This document shows positions 16,630 to 26,081 of a stretch of DNA of 62,384 nt, piece by piece. Positions within the stretch are counted from its first letter, which is position 1; every line of letters begins with the position of its first letter. Source of the DNA: a virus. The notes under the pieces were generated by a model. The model made no database searches, was not told where the DNA came from, and saw only the letters and a program-made list of their open reading frames with translations. Position numbers and translations under genes: made by a program. Location: IMG/VR virus record IMGVR_UViG_3300045988_062316; one strand, written 5' to 3'.

Positions 16630-17105
16630 GCAGGGCTGAAACTACCGCCATGCTGTCCAAGCTGGTTGAGAAGCGTCTGAAGAACCGCGTCAGCTTCTGG
16701 GCAAGCGAGGTGAATTTCGACTTGGGCACCTCGAAAAACAGACGAATCGACTTCATGGGATTCAAGCCGTTCACGCCCGGCTATGTGCTCATGCCGGCAA
16801 GTGTGGAACTTGGCGAGTTCTCCTGTTACGAAGTCAAATCCTGCATGGCGGATTTCAAATCAGGCCATGGGTTGACGTTCTACGGGGACGTGAACTACCT
16901 CGTGACCACAAGGGAACTGGCCGAGGAACTGCGAGTCAACTACCTGCTGCCACACAATATCAATCAAGTGCTCACACCATCGAAAAAAGGCGACAAGCTC
17001 GTACCGCTTTTCGACGTGTCCGGCAAGTGCCCATCCTACAGGTGCCGCGCCGCAAGCGAAATGCTGTACGCGATGATCGAAGCGAACGGGAAGAGGACAA
17101 ATTGA
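16626..17105 (+). CDS. PD-(D/E)xK nuclease-like protein (MmcB-like)
   Basis: RIDFMGF ... CYEVKSCMADFKSG fits a D...E.K pattern. Confidence 0.4.
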   Translation: MSRAETTAMLSKLVEKRLKNRVSFWASEVNFDLGTSKNRRIDFMGFKPFTPGYVLMPASVELGEFSCYEVKSCMADFKSGHGLTFYGDVNYLVTTRELAEELRVNYLLPHNINQVLTPSKKGDKLVPLFDVSGKCPSYRCRAASEMLYAMIEANGKRTN

Positions 17106-17419
17106 GCATCGCGGATGATGAAGCTGAGAAGGTATATCCGACCCGCTACTGGAGTGGAACGCGTGTCAAGGAACAGTTTTCCTGCGACACGGACGATTTG
17201 CAGGAAGCGTACCTGCGCGGACGCAACGCGCCACCGGCTGACGCCGAGGTCGAAGCCGTGGCGAGAAAACTGATGTGGTGGGACATGGCACCAGCCTGGG
17301 AAGACGTCATGCCAAGTGAGGACTGCTTCTGGACTCTGGCCGAGCCGGAGGTGCGCGCCAATTACATCAGGGACGCTCGGGAAATGCTCGAAATCGCACG
17401 GAAGGCGGCAAACGAATGA
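17102..17419 (+). CDS. Hypothetical protein
   Basis: TTG start overlaps the upstream stop. There is no in-frame ATG near the 5' end. Confidence 0.4.
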   Translation: MSIADDEAEKVYPTRYWSGTRVKEQFSCDTDDLQEAYLRGRNAPPADAEVEAVARKLMWWDMAPAWEDVMPSEDCFWTLAEPEVRANYIRDAREMLEIARKAANE

Positions 17420-17628
17420 GCATCGAGGACAGGGCTGAAACCATCGCCGTCGCCGTCGCGGTAATGTTCTTCGTCATATTCATCGCCTTCATCGGCTATA
17501 TCTGCTGGGCTGAAGCGACGGCGGACACCATCATCCTCCGTGATGACGGACAATCATACGCATGTCAGACCAGCAGAATATCCCCAGCGCCACACAACTG
17601 CAAACCGGTCAAGGAGAAACGATCATGA
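17416..17628 (+). CDS. Small membrane protein
   Basis: Hydrophobic IAVAVAVMFFVIFIAFIGYICW. Confidence 0.5.
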   Translation: MSIEDRAETIAVAVAVMFFVIFIAFIGYICWAEATADTIILRDDGQSYACQTSRISPAPHNCKPVKEKRS

Positions 17629-17795
17629 GCATCAGATACGTGGAATGCGCTCACTGTTGCGAGGTTGTCGGCACATATTACGTGACCTGCCCGTACTGCG
17701 GATACAAGTTGGCCGTGCGCAGGCCGACAACTGGCATGGATCCTCTGTATGGCATGACCGACGACGAATTCTACCGAGAGCTCGGGAGCATGTGA
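17625..17795 (+). CDS. Small zinc-ribbon protein (56 aa)
   Basis: ATGA overlap with the upstream gene and AAGGAG upstream. Contains CAHCC...CPYCG. Confidence 0.5.
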   Translation: MSIRYVECAHCCEVVGTYYVTCPYCGYKLAVRRPTTGMDPLYGMTDDEFYRELGSM

Positions 17796-17899
17796 TGGAA
17801 GATGTTGGAATTCTTCCTTGGCCCCCACCAAGCTTGGCGGAACTCGAAGAAGCTTTGGATTCGATGGACCACGACGGAACCACAAGAGGAGATTAGGCG

Positions 17900-18712
17900 A
17901 TGGCTAGACGCGGCTACGTGCAGCTCGTGAACGGCTTCTACGACAACGACAAGATACGTGACCTCGTGCGCATGGGCCGCGCCGATTCCGTTGGCGTGTA
18001 CTGCATGGCCCTCTCGCTATGCGGCGACAGGCTCACAGACGGTTTCGTACCACGTCGCGCCATGCTCTCCAACATCGGAGCGACACCGGAACAAGTGAGG
18101 GCGCTCGTGGACGAGGGAATGCTTGAAGAGGTCGAAGGAGGCTGGCTGATCCACGACTACACCGCGCACAATCGCACCAGAGAGCAGGTATTGCACGCCC
18201 GCGCCGACGCCAAGGAACGCAAAAGCAAATCCCGATGTCACAGCAGTGTCACAGCAGTGTCACAGCGTGACATGTGTGTGACATCGGGACAAACACCAGA
18301 ACACCAGAACACCAGAACACCAAAGAAAGAGAAAGAAGAATATTCTTCTTCTTTCTCCAAAGAAATCGGCGTGAAGGATTTCGGCGATTCGCAAGAGTGC
18401 GGCGAAACGGACAGGACGCTGGCTGTGGAATATCCGAACCTCGACCTCGAATCCGCATGGCTCGCCTTCGCGGACCGCCACCAAGACGAAACACGCACGA
18501 TAGCCGACTGGACGCGCCTATGGAAAGGCTGGTGCCAACGCAGGGCCAACATGAGCGGCATACCACAAAAAACGCCACATACGCACACATGGGCGTGCGA
18601 ACACACGCTGAAACGCCTTGGCATTAAATCACGCGACGACGTGCAAGACATGACCAAAGCACAGCAAACGGCAAACCAGCTCAACAAGGAAGACCGAAAT
18701 GGAAGAACCTGA
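17900..18712 (+). CDS. Putative replication initiation/organiser protein with an internal ori-like repeat block
   Basis: N-terminal winged-helix-like domain (GFYDNDKIRDL...VYCMALSLCGDRLTDGFVP). A low-complexity linker is encoded by iterons. Confidence 0.5.
   Translation: MARRGYVQLVNGFYDNDKIRDLVRMGRADSVGVYCMALSLCGDRLTDGFVPRRAMLSNIGATPEQVRALVDEGMLEEVEGGWLIHDYTAHNRTREQVLHARADAKERKSKSRCHSSVTAVSQRDMCVTSGQTPEHQNTRTPKKEKEEYSSSFSKEIGVKDFGDSQECGETDRTLAVEYPNLDLESAWLAFADRHQDETRTIADWTRLWKGWCQRRANMSGIPQKTPHTHTWACEHTLKRLGIKSRDDVQDMTKAQQTANQLNKEDRNGRT
18236..18350. repeat. ori-like cluster: TGTCACAGC(A)G x3 plus an inverted copy, ACACCAGA x3.9, and an 18-bp AT-rich palindrome
   Basis: TGTCACAGC(A)G repeats at 18236-18267, TGTGTGACA at 18275-18283, the 8-bp repeat at 18293-18324, and AAGAAGAATATTCTTCTT at 18333-18350. 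Confidence 0.6.
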
Positions 18713-18914
18713 ACTCACCGAACAACAAAAAACAGCCCTCAGAAAAGCAATCGGCGACATCATTGGAGACTACACGCCGTGGGTGCTGATCGTGGAAACC
18801 ACGCCACTTGGAGAAACAGCCACGGCATACTCCGAAAGCGTGACCGACACGCATTCCAGCGCGTTCACCATCATCGGACTGTTGGACAACGAACTAGCCC
18901 AACGACTCAGCTAG
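18699..18914 (+). CDS. Hypothetical protein
   Basis: 71-aa ORF. Confidence 0.5.
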   Translation: MEEPELTEQQKTALRKAIGDIIGDYTPWVLIVETTPLGETATAYSESVTDTHSSAFTIIGLLDNELAQRLS

Positions 18915-19016
18915 GTTGCGTTCAAAGGTGCATGGTAGAATCATCCAAGCCGGTTCAATCGCACGCCATAAGGCACTGGCCTAGGAAAACCATACCCAAC
19001 GAAAGGCCAAAAGCGA

Positions 19017-19868
19017 TTGCCGGAATGCAAAACCCGCTCATGCTGGCGTGAGCGGAACCCCGAACGCCAACTATGCCCCAACTGTGAAACCCGTCTCACC
19101 GACGACCTGACATGGCTGGCGAAACACCTGCCATCATTGGAAAACGGGAAACTCAACCGCATCAACAAAAACAGGGACATGAACGGCAACGGCGGAAGCG
19201 GATACTCCGCAACCCCGCCACTACGCGAAACCATCTACGATCTCCTATACGAGCGTGACGAACACGGACTGGACGGCGTGCAGCCCACCCTCCAGGCATT
19301 CGCCACATGCCTAGGAATCCAATGGATGCACGTCACGCCACTGTCCGACCTCGCCAAACGAATCCTCGACACGAAAACAGGACACACCCACTACCTGCTC
19401 TCCACGGCAACACCCGTATACGCGGAACAAATACGCATCCTAGTCAAGGAATGCTCACGCATCCTCAACCAAGGACACGCCGTCAACCTCGGCACATGCC
19501 CCAACACCGACTGCAACACGCCACTGACAGCCGACGAAACGGCGACCACGGTCAAATGCCGCGGATGCAAGAACACGTGGAACATCAACTACCTAAGAAG
19601 CATCATGAACCAGAAAATACTCGAATCAGACTACACGGGCACCATGCGCCAGATCATCAACCTACTCGCACAATCCACCGGACAGATCGTCAACACGAAC
19701 ACGTTCAAAAGCTGGGTGCACCGCAACCAACTAAAACCAGCGGGTGGAATCCACGGCCACCCCACATACCGCATCGCGGACGTATATCGGCTCCTGATCC
19801 GGCTCCAACAGGCCGGACAGACAACCGACAGCGTATGGCAGCTGCTCTCCAAACAGAAAGCAGAATAA
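19017..19868 (+). CDS. Hypothetical protein with two zinc-ribbon-like motifs
   Basis: CPNCE and CPNTDC...CRGC. Preceded by TGgTAGAAT (18933-18941), an extended -10-like sequence. Confidence 0.55.
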   Translation: MPECKTRSCWRERNPERQLCPNCETRLTDDLTWLAKHLPSLENGKLNRINKNRDMNGNGGSGYSATPPLRETIYDLLYERDEHGLDGVQPTLQAFATCLGIQWMHVTPLSDLAKRILDTKTGHTHYLLSTATPVYAEQIRILVKECSRILNQGHAVNLGTCPNTDCNTPLTADETATTVKCRGCKNTWNINYLRSIMNQKILESDYTGTMRQIINLLAQSTGQIVNTNTFKSWVHRNQLKPAGGIHGHPTYRIADVYRLLIRLQQAGQTTDSVWQLLSKQKAE

Positions 19869-20041
19869 TGGCACGAATCATCATCGAAGACAACGGACAC
19901 ACGATCACATACGAGAACGTGTCCAACATCCACGACCGGCAAGACCGGAGCGCCACCACCACAAACATATTCCGCAACACGGCAGAACGCACCCTGCATA
20001 CGCTCACATTCCTCACGCCAACGGCAAACAGCATCCTCTGA
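19868..20041 (+). CDS. Small hypothetical protein (57 aa)
   Basis: TAATG overlap with the upstream gene. Confidence 0.4.
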   Translation: MARIIIEDNGHTITYENVSNIHDRQDRSATTTNIFRNTAERTLHTLTFLTPTANSIL

Positions 20042-20055
20042 AAGAAAGGCAAAAA

Positions 20056-20484
20056 ATGAGCGAAATCATGCAAATCACCGGCAACACCGACAACATCGCA
20101 TACCAGCATCCACACGACGCCGGAGCCGACCTGAAATCATGCGAGGACACCATCATCCCCGCCAACGGGCGCACGCTCGTGCACACCGGCGTATACGCGG
20201 CAATCCCTCACAATCACGTGGGCCTCGTATGCCCACGAAGCGGCCTCGCGCTGAACCAAGGCTTGACCGTGCTGAACGCGCCTGGAATCATCGACAGCAA
20301 CTATCGCGGCGAACTATGCGTGATCCTGCACAACACCAGCGAAAGAGCCGTCACAATCACGGCGGGACAGCGCATAGCGCAACTTGTCATAACGCCCGTC
20401 GCGCACGTGAAAATCATTCCGGAAAGCCAACTGCCGGAAAACACGGAACGAGGCGAAAACGGATTCGGCAGCACCGGCGAATAA
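20056..20484 (+). CDS. dut: dUTP pyrophosphatase (trimeric dUTPase)
   Basis: GAGADL, GIIDSNYRGEL and GFGSTG motifs. Confidence 0.85.
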   Translation: MSEIMQITGNTDNIAYQHPHDAGADLKSCEDTIIPANGRTLVHTGVYAAIPHNHVGLVCPRSGLALNQGLTVLNAPGIIDSNYRGELCVILHNTSERAVTITAGQRIAQLVITPVAHVKIIPESQLPENTERGENGFGSTGE

Positions 20485-20535
20485 GCCGACAACACTCGTA
20501 AAACAGACACTCGACAACCCTGGACAGGAACAATC

Positions 20536-20814
20536 ATGAGAATCCACATCGTCACCGCTGACGTGCAAGACAAGGACAGATACAGGGATTACACGACCCT
20601 CCCACCGGAAAAGTATCCTTATCTGCCAACTGTTCGCGAGGATACGGAAGTCAAGTATGGCGAGTTCGTCAGCATCATGGGTGTTTACGGTTCGCGTGAC
20701 CGGGCAGAACATCGCGTGGATGAACTTGTTCGCGAAGGCTTCACTGTTTTCCCGATCGTCGAATGCGTTGTGGACGCGAACTGTTGGAAATACATAGGAG
20801 GCCACGCGGAATGA
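20536..20814 (+). CDS. Hypothetical protein, paralog of 21286..21570
   Basis: Shares MRI.IV.A..QD...Y, (E/G)FVSIMGVY..R..AE.RV..L.RE.F and D..CW..(I/V)GG. Confidence 0.6.
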   Translation: MRIHIVTADVQDKDRYRDYTTLPPEKYPYLPTVREDTEVKYGEFVSIMGVYGSRDRAEHRVDELVREGFTVFPIVECVVDANCWKYIGGHAE

Positions 20815-20857
20815 GCGTCGCCGACACGACACAGGACAACACCACCAAGGAGGCGCA

Positions 20858-21232
20858 ATGAAAGCACTCGACTTCACCAAGAAGAAAAGCAAACTGGTAG
20901 ACAAGCTGGTAAAACTCGGATTCCATTATCAAAGCACCGACACGGAAAAGCCAGATGGTCTGCGAAAACCCTCACGACTGATAACCACATGGGCGAACGT
21001 CATGAATGGCGTGACCCTGCAAATCATCGATGCGTATGACGAACGCCATGGCGAAAACTACGAACTGATTACAACGAAGCGCAAATACGTCAGGATAACG
21101 GATGATTGCACTAACATAAGCGTCACCATGTCGTTCGAAGAGTTCATGGAATTGGAAGAGATCACGAACAGCAAGGGCAGCACATTCCCACGCCCGGAAA
21201 CATCCTTCAAAAGAATTACTAACGAGAACTAG
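20858..21232 (+). CDS. Hypothetical protein
   Basis: 124-aa ORF with lower GC by eye. Confidence 0.55.
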   Translation: MKALDFTKKKSKLVDKLVKLGFHYQSTDTEKPDGLRKPSRLITTWANVMNGVTLQIIDAYDERHGENYELITTKRKYVRITDDCTNISVTMSFEEFMELEEITNSKGSTFPRPETSFKRITNEN

Positions 21233-21285
21233 GGGGATACGTGAAATGAGCGAGACAATCAAAATCAGTGGAAAGTGAGCGCGTC

Positions 21286-21570
21286 ATGCGAATCTACCTA
21301 GTAATCGCGAACGCACAGGATCACAACGAATACATCGAGTACCGGGATCAACCATATAATCCCGATTCGTTCACTGACACCCCAATGCACATGGGCGAAA
21401 CATCATACACCGCAGGATTTGTAAGCATCATGGGCGTTTACACGACACGCGAACAAGCGGAAACACGCGTAAACAAGCTCACCCGCGAGAAATTCCCGGA
21501 CTTGCGAATCATCGAGATTGAAGCGGACTCGGACTGTTGGCAGTTCGTCGGGGGAGGTTGGCTCTGGTGA
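21286..21570 (+). CDS. Hypothetical protein, paralog of 20536..20814
   Basis: See 20536..20814. ATG at 21286. Confidence 0.6.
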   Translation: MRIYLVIANAQDHNEYIEYRDQPYNPDSFTDTPMHMGETSYTAGFVSIMGVYTTREQAETRVNKLTREKFPDLRIIEIEADSDCWQFVGGGWLW

Positions 21571-21911
21571 ACAAGCAAATAATCACAGCGGACCATCTGA
21601 ACGCCACGCACTTGGGCAAGCGAATCACCATCAACAGCTTGCATGGCACCGTCATGTCAGGCAAGCTGAAAGAAATCAGCGCCGACTACGCCATCATGCC
21701 CAGTTTGGCGTCTTACTTCCCCTACAAAGAAAACAAAACATTGGAGTACAGTAAGGACGTTCACATCATCCTGCACTTGTCGAACCAAGTCAACGACGAT
21801 ATCAAAGCAACCGTACGCGAGGACACGGAACTACAGGTAGAAGACGAACAGGTAGACCATTTTGTTAACGTCTTCGGCAAAATGGTCAGACTCGAAAAGG
21901 AGACACAATGA
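21567..21911 (+). CDS. Hypothetical protein
   Basis: GTGA overlap start. Confidence 0.5.
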   Translation: MNKQIITADHLNATHLGKRITINSLHGTVMSGKLKEISADYAIMPSLASYFPYKENKTLEYSKDVHIILHLSNQVNDDIKATVREDTELQVEDEQVDHFVNVFGKMVRLEKETQ

Positions 21912-22201
21912 CGTCACCAACCACCAAAGAACTGCTCATGCGCGTGATCGCCGTGGAATCACCGAAACTGTTCGACGGGTCAGACAACGAGCCAATCGAA
22001 GTGACCTCCTACTCCTATCAAGAAGAAGGAACGCGTCTCTGCGATACATGCGACTATCCAGAATTACTTCTCATAGGATACCGGACACGCGGCGGAAAAA
22101 CGAAACATCTAAAGTATGAATACTTCGACCTACCAAACCTGCTCGAAACATTGGACAAGTGGGACAGGCAACACGACGATACGAGGAAGTCAGACGCATG
22201 A
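21908..22201 (+). CDS. Hypothetical protein
   Basis: 97-aa ORF. Confidence 0.5.
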   Translation: MTSPTTKELLMRVIAVESPKLFDGSDNEPIEVTSYSYQEEGTRLCDTCDYPELLLIGYRTRGGKTKHLKYEYFDLPNLLETLDKWDRQHDDTRKSDA

Positions 22202-22915
22202 AATGGTTCACCAGCGACCTGCATTTCGCACACCCATTCGTGGCCGCGCTACGCGGTTACGCGCTACCCGGATACGCTCGCGACGAATCAATCAAACAAC
22301 AGGCCGAACACGACGGCAGACAGCTCAAGGATTGCGTTGACTGGCGGAAACACGACGCCGACATCGTACAAGCGATAAACACATACGTCGGCAGGGAAGA
22401 CGAACTCTACATCCTAGGAGACATCAGTTCCGGCAGCACGTGGAGCGTAGACCAGGCGATAATGCGCATCCAGAATCTACAGGTTCCACGCAAACGCAGA
22501 CACCTGATTCTCGGCAACCACGAACTCTACGCATCCAGCCGCACGCTGGAAAAGTTGGCAAGCGTGTTCGGGGAAGTCGGAAGAGTCGGCATCACCGAAA
22601 TCAGAGACGGGCGGGGCAACAATCCACACACGGTATTTTTTAAGCCACTTCCAATGGCGTGAGGACTTCAAAGAAGCGAAACCAAAATATCAATTCTCAA
22701 CCAACTGGAATGACCCAAATCTAGCCAAATACGCGCTACCATACGTGAACAACACGCTGCTCCTGCACGGACATACGCACGCGCATGACCCGCTTGAGTT
22801 CGGCAGGCATCACAATGAGATCAACGTCGGATTGGACGCATGGTGTTTCGAGCCAGTCAACGAAGCCGAATTGGTAGACAATTGGCTACACACTGCGTTA
22901 AACGTAACCGAGTGA
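22198..22915 (+). pseudogene. Metallophosphoesterase interrupted by a frameshift at a T6 run (22636-22641)
   Basis: N-terminal part has SDLHFAHP, ILGDISSG and ILGNHE. The C-terminal part, with LLLHGHTHAHD, continues in another frame once one T is removed (reading ...HTVFLSHFQWRE...). Confidence 0.7.
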
Positions 22916-22934
22916 TCTACAATGGCACATGAAT

Positions 22935-22965
22935 GGGGGCGGATTCAAACCACCCCCACTATTTT
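22935..22965. terminator. Bidirectional terminator between convergent genes
   Basis: GGGGGCGG-attcaaa-CCACCCCC followed by a T-run. Confidence 0.6.
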
Positions 22966-23463
22966 TCAGTAATCAACACCCTTGGATTTCAATTCCTCCA
23001 AAAAATCATCCCACTGCTCTCTCGTCGGAATACTCAACCCTGATTCTGGATGCCAACGCGCATACCAGCCAATCAAACAATCTCCCTGCGCACGTTGGAA
23101 AAATCCATCAAGCCAAGACGGATCGTCCGCTTCCCTACGCGCAAGTTCCAAAGCCTCCCTGCAAGCCGGTTCCATATGATCTTCAAACCACTCAACATCC
23201 GCATCCGTGCTTGAATAAATGGCGCGATAGATAGCTTCCGGGTTAACACGGAGCGACACCAACATCTCAGCCTTCACACGTGTCTTAAATTCTTCACGCC
23301 TGTCCCAATCGTACATTCCGTCAGCAATCAGCTGCTTAACATACGGGTCACAATGTTCAGCCAAAAACCACGCACGGTCTGTGATATCTCTAAGCGTTTG
23401 GAACAAACACCTCACATCGTCGGAAAGCGGGCCGACCCGTCGAGGGAAATCACTCAATCTCAT
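22966..23463 (-). CDS. Hypothetical protein (last gene of the leftward island)
   Basis: 165-aa ORF. Confidence 0.6.
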   Translation of the reverse strand: MRLSDFPRRVGPLSDDVRCLFQTLRDITDRAWFLAEHCDPYVKQLIADGMYDWDRREEFKTRVKAEMLVSLRVNPEAIYRAIYSSTDADVEWFEDHMEPACREALELARREADDPSWLDGFFQRAQGDCLIGWYARWHPESGLSIPTREQWDDFLEELKSKGVDY

Positions 23464-23489
23464 TTGTCAATCCTTGTATTATCAGTGTT

Positions 23490-24389
23490 TTAACGAGTGT
23501 TCGCAAGTCGCTGGAATCCGGTTTCGTCATCCTCCTTGCCCAGGTAATCCTGCAATCCATCGCCAGCCCTGCCATCCAGCCCGCGACGGGACATGTCGTA
23601 ATAGTCGAGCATCTGCGGACTGCTCCACCCGCCTGCGGCCATGATGTCCCTGTCCGGCACGCCAGCGTCACGGGAGAGCGTGCAGAACGTTCGCCGCAAT
23701 GAATGCGGCGAGATTCCAGGCACGCCGACCCGCAATGCCACGGACGATACGATGCCCACGGCGGTCTGCTGTCGCAGACGCGCGCCGGAATCCTCACGGA
23801 ACACCGCACCGTGCCTACGCCCGCCAATGAGTCGTGCGAGAGCCTCGGACGCCTCGGAGGGAATGGCCACACGCTGGGACCAGTCGCCCTTGCGGTCGAA
23901 CCGCACCCACGGACGCCCGTCATCCAGATGACAGTCTTCGACATCCAATCCGAGCGCCTCGCTGACCCTCGCACCGGTAAGCAGCAGCAGACTGCACAGG
24001 GCATCCGTCCGCGCATCCATGCCACGCGCTTCGGCCAGAAAAAGCCTAGCCTGCTCGCGGGTGAGGTACGAGCCATCCGAATGGCCGTACATTTTCGGCC
24101 TGCGCACATGCTCGCCCGGATCGCAGTCGATATACCCCTCCTCGCAGAGGTAGCGGTAGAGGCCGCATACGACGCTCAGAGTCTTGTACACCGTGTTTTT
24201 CGCTGCTGGCCGCATGCCGTCGCCATAGGCGGCGAACACCTCGATATGGGTGCGCTTCGCCCGTAGCATGTCGATGCCATTATCCGCACACCAGCGGAGC
24301 CATCGCGATATGATGCTCCGGTACCCCGCCCTTGTACCCGGCGTCAGGCCGACGAGAAAACCGGCGATCATGTCGCTCACCGTTTCCAT
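23490..24389 (-). CDS. XerC/D-like tyrosine recombinase (third recombinase in this genome)
   Basis: TGARVSEALGL, HSLRRTFCT, AAGGWSS and DYY resemble an R..HxxR..Y catalytic layout. No long arm-binding N-terminus. Confidence 0.75.
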   Translation of the reverse strand: METVSDMIAGFLVGLTPGTRAGYRSIISRWLRWCADNGIDMLRAKRTHIEVFAAYGDGMRPAAKNTVYKTLSVVCGLYRYLCEEGYIDCDPGEHVRRPKMYGHSDGSYLTREQARLFLAEARGMDARTDALCSLLLLTGARVSEALGLDVEDCHLDDGRPWVRFDRKGDWSQRVAIPSEASEALARLIGGRRHGAVFREDSGARLRQQTAVGIVSSVALRVGVPGISPHSLRRTFCTLSRDAGVPDRDIMAAGGWSSPQMLDYYDMSRRGLDGRAGDGLQDYLGKEDDETGFQRLANTR

Positions 24390-25237
24390 ATGCGCACCGT
24401 CTCCTTGCAGATCAAAGGCTTGTCGGCCGGACCTTTGACGAATGGCGGTATCCACTGCCTACGCCTCAGCGAATGATTCGGGCCATACGCCTGATCCCTC
24501 CAGAAGCCGCGCACGATGAAACGGTGCGAATACTCACGTCGCACCCGCTCGTCATCATCGGCGCTTCCGCCCGGACGATGCAGGTTCTCACGCAGCACCA
24601 GCATCTTGACTTTGCGTATTTCCGGGTCGAAACGCTGCGGCAGGGGATGCGCCATATCGGGTTTCGCTGGTTTTGCCTCGCAGATATGCGGTTCCGCGCT
24701 CAACGCCCACACCGCGTGCAGCAGGCCGCAGAGCCACTGGAAGCTCCCGTCGTTCTCGCGGACGACGGGAGGGGCGAGCGAGACGATGGGGAGGCCGAAT
24801 GAATCGGCGTGCATCTCCTTGATCCCCACGGGATTGTCGGTAAACACCGATATCTTGACGCTCTCGCGCCCCGCATCCTGCCATAGGATCGCGGCTACGC
24901 GAGTTTCGCCGAACCCGTCGTTATCGAGGTGGAATGAGATGTGCTGCACGTCGCCCTCGAAAAATATCATCCCGCATTGCGCCGGCGGATCGGGTTCCGG
25001 AAAATCTCCGGCCTGCACGGTGTCCTCGGCCAGACGCGTCATATCTCGGCTGACCCACCACAATTGCGCGGTTCTGATCTGATCGGTCATGCTCCAGGCG
25101 TTGGCCATCATAGCCTCGTATTGAGTTTGCGAGCCGAGTTTCCTAAGCCTGTATTGGGCGAAGTCGGCGAGTTTGTCGCGGATGAGCGGAAGGTGTGATG
25201 GGATGAGGCGAAGTCGCTTGTTTTTTCCGCGCGTCAT
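24377..25237 (-). CDS. Hypothetical 286-aa protein translationally coupled to the recombinase
   Basis: 13-nt overlap with the recombinase start. C-terminus reads HRFIVRGFWRDQAYGPNHSLRRRQWIPPFVKGP. Confidence 0.6.
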   Translation of the reverse strand: MTRGKNKRLRLIPSHLPLIRDKLADFAQYRLRKLGSQTQYEAMMANAWSMTDQIRTAQLWWVSRDMTRLAEDTVQAGDFPEPDPPAQCGMIFFEGDVQHISFHLDNDGFGETRVAAILWQDAGRESVKISVFTDNPVGIKEMHADSFGLPIVSLAPPVVRENDGSFQWLCGLLHAVWALSAEPHICEAKPAKPDMAHPLPQRFDPEIRKVKMLVLRENLHRPGGSADDDERVRREYSHRFIVRGFWRDQAYGPNHSLRRRQWIPPFVKGPADKPLICKETVRIWKR

Positions 25238-25238
25238 G

Positions 25239-25559
25239 TCAGGCCTCGACTAGCGTGTAACGGTCTCCGGTCTTCTCGTCGAAGTCGCCGAGCTTAAAAC
25301 CATATTCCGCAAGCTTCGCGTTTGCCGCGGCCTCCCATTCTTCTTCGTCTGCGCCGTACACGTCTTCGATTTTGTCGGCGTCGTGGTCGAGGTCTCCGTC
25401 TTCCGGGTCGGTATACCACTGGTAGTCGAAACCCCTCCAGATGCCCTTGCCGGTATTCGCGTCGGCAAGGAGGAGAACGTCAAATGCGTCACTCTGGTAG
25501 ATTGCGATTGGTTTGATGGAGATGTTCTCGTTGGTGTTGATGTCGATTGCGGTGGTCAT
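25239..25559 (-). CDS. Small highly acidic protein
   Basis: 106 aa rich in D/E (DPEDGDLDHDADKIEDVYGADEEEWE). Confidence 0.6.
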   Translation of the reverse strand: MTTAIDINTNENISIKPIAIYQSDAFDVLLLADANTGKGIWRGFDYQWYTDPEDGDLDHDADKIEDVYGADEEEWEAAANAKLAEYGFKLGDFDEKTGDRYTLVEA

Positions 25560-25641
25560 TTTGTTTGTCCTTTCTTTTTGCTGACATGATTTTTATTAGA
25601 GTGGAGTAATAAACGAGTCGGGTGTATCGAACAGGCTGATA

Positions 25642-25845
25642 TCAAAAAACATGCCCGACCGCGCATGATCGTTGCACATCCACCTGCGAACCCTCCAAAC
25701 CGGCATCATGAATAAGCCACGCCTCCAACTCCACGTCAGGAATCACACTGGAATGACCGTAAGCATACAAGAAGCCAGTCGGAGTCGTGAGTTCAAGCCG
25801 ATACCCGCCACCAGAGATCCGGTAATATCGCAGCCGCCACATCAC
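25642..25845 (-). CDS. Small hypothetical protein
   Basis: 67-aa ORF overlapping the next gene by 4 nt. Confidence 0.45.
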   Translation of the reverse strand: MMWRLRYYRISGGGYRLELTTPTGFLYAYGHSSVIPDVELEAWLIHDAGLEGSQVDVQRSCAVGHVF

Positions 25846-26081
25846 GGCACCTCGATCTCGTCACGCCACGACAGCATGTCGCGCGTAATCATATCCCCGG
25901 ACGACACCTGCACGTAAAGCCACGCACGATAACCCAACCGCGCCTCACGATCACGTTCCAGCCACGCGGACAACCATTCCACCCACAACGAAACAGGCGA
26001 ACGATACCGCCACACATCACAACCACGCACGCGATCATGACAAACAAAACGATAAACCGGCATAACAAACACCCCTCTCAC
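25842..26081 (-). CDS. Small hypothetical protein
   Basis: 79-aa ORF with 4-nt overlaps on both sides. Confidence 0.45.
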   Translation of the reverse strand: MRGVFVMPVYRFVCHDRVRGCDVWRYRSPVSLWVEWLSAWLERDREARLGYRAWLYVQVSSGDMITRDMLSWRDEIEVP

